Origin: Candidatus Omnitrophota bacterium
GTDB lineage: Bacteria > Omnitrophota > Gorgyraeia > Zapsychrales > JANLHA01
Direction: 5' to 3'
NCBI GenBank assembly: GCA_963662715.1
Contig: OY759724.1
Location: 2,160,001-2,192,000, forward strand
DNA length: 32,000 nt
Position 1 is the first letter of the stretch, and every line of letters starts with the position of its first letter. Below, one piece after another: positions 26,721 to 32,000 of this stretch. The position numbers were made by a program, and so were the translations under genes. A model generated the notes under the pieces. The model saw only the letters and a list, made by a program, of their open reading frames with translations, was not told the DNA's origin and ran no database searches.

Positions 26721-26797
26721 TCGACTACCCCCGGGATGCTCGAAGTCTTTGTGATTGCTGTCACAACCGAAATCCACTTTAATTATTACGGATTGCG

Positions 26798-26824
26798 TGA
26801 TAAATTTTTATCATCTTCTATAAT
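26798..26824 (+). promoter_or_regulatory. inverted repeat (operator-like) adjacent to a consensus -10 box upstream of the CPBP gene
   Basis: The repeat is TGATAAA-TT-TTTATCA (26798-26813). A perfect TATAAT lies at 26819-26824. The best -35 is GTGATA (26797-26802, 16-nt spacer, 4/6) and it overlaps the repeat. Confidence 0.4.
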
Positions 26825-26920
26825 AGATATATTCAGGGAGTATTGTTCTTCCCCTGGGGCTGAGGCCTCAACCGATGCGAAAGCAGAAAAAAAGCGGCCT
26901 GAAAACGCATGATTTGAATT

Positions 26921-27655
26921 ATGCGTGAAAACAAAATAACAGATTTTAATATGAAGGACAGTAAAACAAAACATTCTGGCAAGACCATTTTGTCCCTTTT
27001 TTTATTAGTCCCCGTATCATCTGTTGGCATTGTGGCCTCGATGATCTTGTGCCCGAATTCTCTCTTAGGAGCAGCGATCTTTGCGTTGAGCAAACTGTAT
27101 TTATTAGTTTTTCCGCTTTTATGGTATAAGGGGTTTGACAAAGAGGCCATTCGTTGTCCGGGGCCTCCCCGGGATGGCCTAGGTGTAGGCATTTTCTCCG
27201 GTATAGTTATGAGTCTTGGTATCTTGTGTGTATATCAGATGATAGGGACGAAATTAATAGACGACGGCTTGATGATTCAAAGAATTCAGGGAGTCGGGAT
27301 AGCCACAAAACCTAGATATATAGCCTGTGCTCTTTACTGGATACTTATAAATTCTATTTTGGAAGAATATGTCTGGAGGTGGTTTGTGGTCAGGCAGGTG
27401 GCGTCACTTATGAACCCTTATCTTGCGGTTCTGTGTTCAGCGGCGTTTTATACTCTCCACCATACAGTTGCGTTGCAGGTCTATTTCAGCCCGGCAACGG
27501 TCATTATCTGTTCCGTCGGCGTCTTTTGCGGAGGAGCCGTCTTTTCTTCCTTGTATATGAAATATCATTCCATCTGGCCGGGCTATATCTGTCATGCCAT
27601 CATTGACGCTTGTATCCTTGGAATCGGGGCATGGATTGTTTTTGGCCCGAATTGA
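26921..27655 (+). CDS. CPBP-family (CAAX protease/Abi-type) intramembrane glutamic metalloprotease
   Basis: All three CPBP motifs are present in order: EEYVWR (EExxxR), FYTLH (FxxxH) and HAIID (HxxxD/N). The protein is polytopic. The start is uncertain (ATG 26921 or 26951), and neither has an SD. Confidence 0.8.
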   Translation: MRENKITDFNMKDSKTKHSGKTILSLFLLVPVSSVGIVASMILCPNSLLGAAIFALSKLYLLVFPLLWYKGFDKEAIRCPGPPRDGLGVGIFSGIVMSLGILCVYQMIGTKLIDDGLMIQRIQGVGIATKPRYIACALYWILINSILEEYVWRWFVVRQVASLMNPYLAVLCSAAFYTLHHTVALQVYFSPATVIICSVGVFCGGAVFSSLYMKYHSIWPGYICHAIIDACILGIGAWIVFGPN

Positions 27656-27825
27656 TCATTTAATACATTAGAGCCCTCAGGACAGGAAGAGGGGGAAATA
27701 AAAAGCAGAAATTCTCGGGAATTTAAAGAAACTATACGTTTGATATCCTAATGTCTTGGGGAGTTGTGGTGAAAATTGTCAAAGAATTTTGGCTTTAGTT
27801 ATGTTTTTATATTCGGAAAGATAGT

Positions 27826-28701
27826 ATGTCGAAACCTATCAAAGTCCTCTTGATTGTTTTCCTTCTGTATGTGTTTTCGTGTGTTTTGATGCTGCTTAAG
27901 GAATATTCCGAAATAGAGAATCTCCGCACGACGCATTTTGAGGGATCACCTGAGAACTTGAAAGCCGTTGAAATTCTTCAAAATTACTCGAATGGTGTCA
28001 CGAGCCGTGTTTCATCAACATATATTGCCGTTCCTTGGCTTGAGAAGTCCGGGTGGCTAACAAATGCTCCGTTCCCGCATAGGGCTAAGTCTTTGCCTCA
28101 CGAAAGAATACGTTACTCCGCTGAAAGTTTAAAAAGAGAGCCGGAATTCTGGTTGCCCACAGCCATCTTGGTCCCTTTTAAAGGTTTGATGATTTTTTGC
28201 GGCGGGCTCCCTTTTATGACCCTTATCCTTTTGCTGGAGGACCGAGGGCGCAGGATTTCCGGTGTTTTGAAGGTCTTGACATTTGTAGGAACCATAGGCG
28301 GTCTTGTTTTGTATATTAATATTTCGAAACAAATAGAAGCTTTCTACTTGGCTAGGGTTCCGTTGTCTCAGGAGGGATCAAACCTGGAATTTGTCTTCGG
28401 AAGCGGCAATATGCCAAAGAAGTTGATCATCGTTAATTCTACGGAGGATCAAGTCCTGATCTATGTTAACGATTGTCTTGTAGGGCACCTGAGGGGGAGA
28501 GCTTACGATTATTTTTCCGTTATTCATGATATTTCAACCATCACTGTCATTGTTAAGTCGACAGGGACTGTCATGGAACGTAATGCTCTTGTCCCGCCAC
28601 TGACCTCACAAAGTCCCGGATATTATCTTTATAATTTGCAGGGGGGAGGAAGTTTTTGGGTGGAGAAGCCCCCGGATTATATTGTCCTGCCGGGGTTATA
28701 G
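27826..28701 (+). CDS. hypothetical membrane protein (N-terminal TM, two central TMs, about 110-aa C-terminal soluble domain)
   Basis: The ORF is 291 aa. Hydrophobic segments are VLLIVFLLYVFSCVLMLL, LMIFCGGLPFMTLILLL and VLTFVGTIGGLVLYI. No family was recognised. Confidence 0.55.
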   Translation: MSKPIKVLLIVFLLYVFSCVLMLLKEYSEIENLRTTHFEGSPENLKAVEILQNYSNGVTSRVSSTYIAVPWLEKSGWLTNAPFPHRAKSLPHERIRYSAESLKREPEFWLPTAILVPFKGLMIFCGGLPFMTLILLLEDRGRRISGVLKVLTFVGTIGGLVLYINISKQIEAFYLARVPLSQEGSNLEFVFGSGNMPKKLIIVNSTEDQVLIYVNDCLVGHLRGRAYDYFSVIHDISTITVIVKSTGTVMERNALVPPLTSQSPGYYLYNLQGGGSFWVEKPPDYIVLPGL

Positions 28702-28853
28702 CCCGAGGGTTTTCTCCCCGGACAAAGAGACGGTTTTGTTGGGGATATCTCTTCTGCTCCGGTCCCGTTTGAGGAGGAGTCGTCTGATCAGAAAACAGAA
28801 ACATCACTTGTTATAAAAGGAGGTTCATTCTATCATAGGTATTATTCGAGTTT

Positions 28854-28979
28854 TTAAACGTGTTTCGGAGATGTTAGCTTGCCCCCTGAGTTGACTGCGA
28901 TTTTGTATCCGGGGTGTCGCAGGAAAAATTCGAATTTAGCAATAAAATGCCGTATTGGCCTGGTGATGTTTCCGCGCAT
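28854..28979 (-). CDS. candidate small basic protein (41 aa), hypothetical
   Basis: On the minus strand, ATG at 28979 is preceded by AGGAGGG (plus 28986-28992) with a 6-nt spacer. The peptide is MRGNITRPIRHFIAKFEFFLRHPGYKIAVNSGGKLTSPKHV. No promoter or homologue was recognised. Confidence 0.25.
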   Translation of the reverse strand: MRGNITRPIRHFIAKFEFFLRHPGYKIAVNSGGKLTSPKHV

Positions 28980-29080
28980 GCCGGTCCCTCCTGATATGCA
29001 TGAAAAGAGACGGCAAGGGGGAATGGCCGGTGACAAGCGGTTCTCCCGGGCATAAAAATACTGATATAAAAAGGAATCTC

Positions 29081-30034
29081 ATGAAACACAATACTCATAT
29101 TTACTTGGCGGCTAAGGCCATTGAATTGATTCGTCAGAGTATCGACAACACTCGCAGCGAAAAGGGTGTCTACTTAAAAGGAGGGGAGAAAACAAAAGAG
29201 CGACGGAACGCTACGGAATTGCAGCGTATTTTTCAGTATTATCAGGAGTTGATTGAAGAGGCGACCTGGGCTCCGGATGATATCTTGCGGGATAACGATC
29301 CTTTCCATATTTTTAAGCTGTTTACGGATGAGGAATTCCCTGGCCACGGCCTGCAAGAGAAGCAGCAGTTTAAATCTGATGGGGTCGTTTATTATAAGTT
29401 TGCCGGCGGGCTTCCTTTTAGGGTTGATCACATGGCACAGGAAATTATCAATATGTCTAAACTTCGTGAGTATAATGACCAGTTTAACCTGAAACAGATT
29501 ATGTACCAGTATTTGCTGATCAGCCATTATGTCGCTGATGCCCACGTTCCCATGCACTGTGACCTTCGTGATGATCCGCCATCAAAAAGCAAAAGCTCAC
29601 AGCCAAGTCGCAGAAGCGGGAAAGGAAAACCTGAAGGAAAGTATATGCAGCCGACGGCCCATAATCATCTTGAACAGCTGTGGGACGACGCCGTGACTCC
29701 TGTCGCTATCCGGGAAAAAATCATTGCGAGGACATGGGTGAAAGAGAAGGATCAGCCGACGGATTTGTCAGCTCAGGTCGAGTTTGGCTTTCATGATTGT
29801 CAGAAAGGGAAAGATGTTAAAGTTCGGGTCATTCCTAAAAACGGCCTGATGAACTTCATGATCAATGTCTGTCTGCAGAGTAAAAAGAGATGCCAGGCCT
29901 TGTTTCCGCTCGATTCCCCGGAAACGCTCAATAAAGAGGTCCTTTCTCCTGTGACCCGTGATATTTTTTCAGACTGCATCGGGAATCTGGTCTCTGTCTG
30001 GCGGTATATTTGGGTAAACAGCCGGGGCGAATGA
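29081..30034 (+). CDS. cytoplasmic zinc-dependent phospholipase C / S1-P1 nuclease superfamily protein
   Basis: The ATG at 29081 is preceded by AAAGGAA. The ligand-like pattern is H6, D66/D67 (APDD), H76 (DPFH), H149-x3-D153-x5-H159 (SHYVADAHVPMH) and H194-x3-E198 (AHNHLEQLWDD). There is no signal peptide. Confidence 0.6.
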   Translation: MKHNTHIYLAAKAIELIRQSIDNTRSEKGVYLKGGEKTKERRNATELQRIFQYYQELIEEATWAPDDILRDNDPFHIFKLFTDEEFPGHGLQEKQQFKSDGVVYYKFAGGLPFRVDHMAQEIINMSKLREYNDQFNLKQIMYQYLLISHYVADAHVPMHCDLRDDPPSKSKSSQPSRRSGKGKPEGKYMQPTAHNHLEQLWDDAVTPVAIREKIIARTWVKEKDQPTDLSAQVEFGFHDCQKGKDVKVRVIPKNGLMNFMINVCLQSKKRCQALFPLDSPETLNKEVLSPVTRDIFSDCIGNLVSVWRYIWVNSRGE

Positions 30035-30055
30035 TGCCCGGTTAAAGGGGCGGGC

Positions 30056-30081
30056 GCCGTTGTCCTGAACGGCTTGTTTAT
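30056..30081 (+). terminator. terminator-like hairpin between the PLC/P1-like gene and the methyltransferase
   Basis: The stem is GCCGTT (30056-30061) paired with AACGGC (30068-30073). The loop is GTCCTG. The tail is TTGTTTAT. Confidence 0.3.
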
Positions 30082-30158
30082 ATGGCGGCAGGCGTTTTTC
30101 CCGGGAAGGAATTAAAAAGATATTTGGAGGGGAGGGAAAAATTTTAAAAGGAGCTGTC

Positions 30159-30992
30159 GTGAACAAACCGCCGATTTGTCCTGTCTCCGGTAAAGTTATG
30201 AAACCGGTTTTTTCGGAAGTGATTTTAGGCCGGCACCGTGTTTCTTATTATTTCTGCGGGGAAAGCGGTCTTTTGAAAACAGAACGGCCTTTTTGGCTGG
30301 AAGAGGCCTACCAAGAGGCTCTCTCCGATTTTGATACGGGAATCGTCAGGCGTAATCTTAATAATTGTGCCATGATTGAACCGATTCTGCACAGGTTGTT
30401 CGGCCGGCGGGGGAAATTTCTGGATATTGGCGGAGGGTACGGTTTATTGACGAGGCTTATGAGAGACGAGGGTTTTGATTGTTTTACGACCGACAAATAT
30501 TGCCGGAATATATTCGCAAAACACTTTGAGCCTTGTGATGATTTCCGGGCAGACGCGTTATTTGCTTTCGAAGCCTTGGAACATATCGAGAACCCTTATG
30601 AGTTTCTGGAAGGGTTGTTTGAAAAATATGATTGCAGGACTCTCATTTTTTCCACACTGACTTTTTCGGGGGATGTCCCGGGCAAAGACTGGTGGTACTA
30701 TACTTTTGATACCGGCCAGCACATTACGTTCTATCAGCCACGGACGCTTGCTCTTTTGGCGAGCCGTCTGGGATGTTCCTACTACATGATAGGGCCGGAT
30801 ATGCATATCATGACCGATCGGCGTTTGTCGGCTATGACGCGTCTGTGGCTCCTTCATGGCCCGTGGCGTAAGCTATATGCTCTTTACGTCCGTTACCTGC
30901 GGCGAGGGATGTCGAAGACGTGGGCGGATCATCTGCTTATGAAAGAGAAATTCCGATCAGCACAATCAGAGAGTATCCGTCAAGACCGGTGA
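30159..30992 (+). CDS. class I SAM-dependent methyltransferase with degenerate N-terminal zinc-ribbon-like segment
   Basis: The GTG start lies 5 nt after AAGGAG. Motif I is FLDIGGGYGLLTRLMRDEGFD. The N-terminus carries C7-P-V-S10 and C33-G-E-S36. No DPPY/NPPY or PC/ENV DNA-methyltransferase motifs were seen. Confidence 0.7.
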   Translation: MNKPPICPVSGKVMKPVFSEVILGRHRVSYYFCGESGLLKTERPFWLEEAYQEALSDFDTGIVRRNLNNCAMIEPILHRLFGRRGKFLDIGGGYGLLTRLMRDEGFDCFTTDKYCRNIFAKHFEPCDDFRADALFAFEALEHIENPYEFLEGLFEKYDCRTLIFSTLTFSGDVPGKDWWYYTFDTGQHITFYQPRTLALLASRLGCSYYMIGPDMHIMTDRRLSAMTRLWLLHGPWRKLYALYVRYLRRGMSKTWADHLLMKEKFRSAQSESIRQDR

Positions 30993-31005
30993 TGTTTTCA
31001 GTGAG

Positions 31006-31719
31006 ATGCCGTTAGCTATGAATATAATTATAAACCCTTTAAAATTTTTCAGAAGCCTTTTGGCCGCCATCTTTATCATAACGGTCTTATATCTTGCGTG
31101 CCAATTCTGTAAATTTTATCTCGGTCATGGGACCATGTTCGGTCTCGTGAGACTTTTTGATTTCGCCGAGGAGGCCAATATCCCTTCATTGTTCTCCGCG
31201 CTCCTTTTGCTGTTTTCCTCTTTCCTTTTGGCGATGATCGCGGCCTATAAACGGCGCGATCACGACACGTTTTTTCCTCATTGGGCAGGCTTGTCTTTCA
31301 TCTTTTTCTTCTTGTTCGTTGATGAAGCCGTGTCCCTGCACGAACTCCTGGTGAGGCCGGTTAAAGAAATCCTGCACACGTCCGGACTCTTTTTCTATGC
31401 CTGGATCATCCCCTATGCTTTTCTCTTGCTGATGATCGCCATTGTCTACGTCAGGTTTTTCTTCCATCTCTCTTATCGTATGAAACTGTTCTTTGTGTTG
31501 TCCGGGCTGATATTTGTCGCCGGGGCCATAGGCTTTGAAATGCTCGGAGGAAAGCATGATGAAGCAAGCGGGCAGGAGAATGTCTTGTATGTGGTTTACG
31601 TTTTGTTTGAAGAATTGTTTGAGATGATCGGCAGTTCACTTTTTGTTTATGCCCTGTTGTGTTATTTGAAAGAAAAGTACGGGCAGGCGCAGATTGACAT
31701 CACGTTTGGGGACAATTGA
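31006..31719 (+). CDS. polytopic membrane protein, function unknown
   Basis: It has about 6-7 hydrophobic helices. Conserved-looking acidic segments are FDFAEEANIPSLFS and FVDEAVSLHELL. It starts 14 nt after the methyltransferase stop. Confidence 0.55.
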   Translation: MPLAMNIIINPLKFFRSLLAAIFIITVLYLACQFCKFYLGHGTMFGLVRLFDFAEEANIPSLFSALLLLFSSFLLAMIAAYKRRDHDTFFPHWAGLSFIFFFLFVDEAVSLHELLVRPVKEILHTSGLFFYAWIIPYAFLLLMIAIVYVRFFFHLSYRMKLFFVLSGLIFVAGAIGFEMLGGKHDEASGQENVLYVVYVLFEELFEMIGSSLFVYALLCYLKEKYGQAQIDITFGDN

Positions 31720-31795
31720 TCCTATTTGCGGGCCTTTTAACATTTTGCCGTTCCCGGAGGATTTTCTTATTAATTTTTAAAATTATCAATTATTC

Positions 31796-32000
31796 ATGAT
31801 GGCAAATAAAAATTTCCGGCTTGCCCTAGCTCTTATTTTAACCCCGGTTTTATGCTGGCTTATGGGGGCGGCTTGTGCCTCTGTCCTTAAGGTCGCCGTT
31901 CCCGGCTTCTGGGAGATGAGAAGCGACTATATGGACCAGCACACCTATAAGTCAGACACGCACATCTCTTATCCCCGCGGTTCTCCTCCGGGATTTGTTG
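31796..32000 (+). CDS. 5' fragment of a hypothetical protein with an N-terminal hydrophobic/signal-like segment (runs off the window)
   Basis: ATGATG at 31796 opens a frame with no stop to the window end. The translation begins MMANKNFRLALALILTPVLCWLMGAACASV.... It is absent from the ORF track because it is not closed. Confidence 0.35.
   Translation, partial: MMANKNFRLALALILTPVLCWLMGAACASVLKVAVPGFWEMRSDYMDQHTYKSDTHISYPRGSPPGFV

Noticed and set aside
26697-27192. ORFs 26697-26912 (+, 71 aa) and 26833-27192 (-, 119 aa) around the CPBP start
   Set aside because: Neither has an SD. The + ORF runs through the operator/-10 element. The - ORF is antisense to the CPBP N-terminal TM region.
29000-29080. 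Upstream ATG (29000) extending the PLC/P1-like ORF by 27 codons
   Set aside because: It is preceded by CCCTCCT, which is anti-SD on this strand, rather than by an SD. ATG 29081 has AAAGGAA upstream and places the His ligand at position 6, as in P1 nuclease.
29081-30992. Idea that the zinc nuclease-like gene plus the adjacent methyltransferase form a restriction-modification-like pair
   Set aside because: The methyltransferase lacks the DPPY/NPPY-type and PC/ENV-type DNA methyltransferase motifs and has no target-recognition-sized domain. A terminator-like hairpin separates the two genes. The hydrolase could equally be a phospholipase.
26921-30992. Idea that the CPBP protease plus a methyltransferase mimic eukaryotic CAAX processing (Rce1 plus ICMT)
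   Set aside because: The methyltransferase is a soluble class I enzyme, not a membrane ICMT-type enzyme. No prenyltransferase is present. No nearby ORF ends in a CAAX-like box, and the two genes are separated by two others.
1-32000. Search by eye for CRISPR arrays, tRNA/rRNA genes, transposases, integrases, long terminal inverted repeats and prophage genes
   Set aside because: There are no regularly spaced direct repeats and no intergenic space large enough for an rRNA. No cloverleaf-like segment was noticed in the short spacers. No ORF carries DDE, tyrosine/serine recombinase or phage structural hallmarks. This is absence of evidence from visual inspection only.

Overview
This is a 32-kb stretch of densely packed bacterial chromosome, apparently from a diderm (Gram-negative-type) organism because lpxB, an msbA-like gene and an AsmA-like gene are present. 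About 31 protein genes are called; all lie on the + strand except lpxB, a Gfo/Idh/MocA oxidoreductase and one tentative small ORF. I saw no rRNA, tRNA, CRISPR array, transposase, integrase or prophage signature. All family names come from motif recognition by eye, not from database searches.

Layout:
- (1) 1-9.5 kb: envelope and housekeeping mix. It holds an AsmA-like fragment, a coiled-coil membrane protein, a DUF45/YgjP HExxH hydrolase, a flavodoxin-like NAD(P)H quinone reductase and a secreted hypothetical. It also holds an orphan receiver, DUF167, YqeY, a NodB-type deacetylase and a 1097-aa uncharacterised protein.
- (2) 9.6-17.8 kb: a complete eight-gene MoxR / DUF58 / DUF4381-like / BatA-BatE (aerotolerance-type) operon with a good sigma70-like promoter.
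- (3) 17.9-18.9 kb: a translationally coupled DUF4288-like gene plus a 20-cysteine secreted protein.
- (4) 18.9-23.1 kb: lipid A block. A Gfo/Idh/MocA-lpxB operon on the minus strand is divergent from the msbA-like ABC exporter, with back-to-back promoters between them.
- (5) 23.2-25.8 kb: a small SAM methyltransferase and a TPR protein.
- (6) 26.1-32.0 kb: a same-strand cluster of poorly characterised genes. It comprises an orphan receiver with a large insertion, a CPBP intramembrane protease and a 3-TM protein. It continues with a cytoplasmic protein carrying the full tri-zinc PLC/P1-nuclease ligand pattern, a methyltransferase with a degenerate CxxS...CxxS ribbon, a polytopic membrane protein and a further partial gene.

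Block 6, together with its unusually long non-coding gaps, is my best candidate for an undescribed system. I cannot assign it a function from sequence alone.
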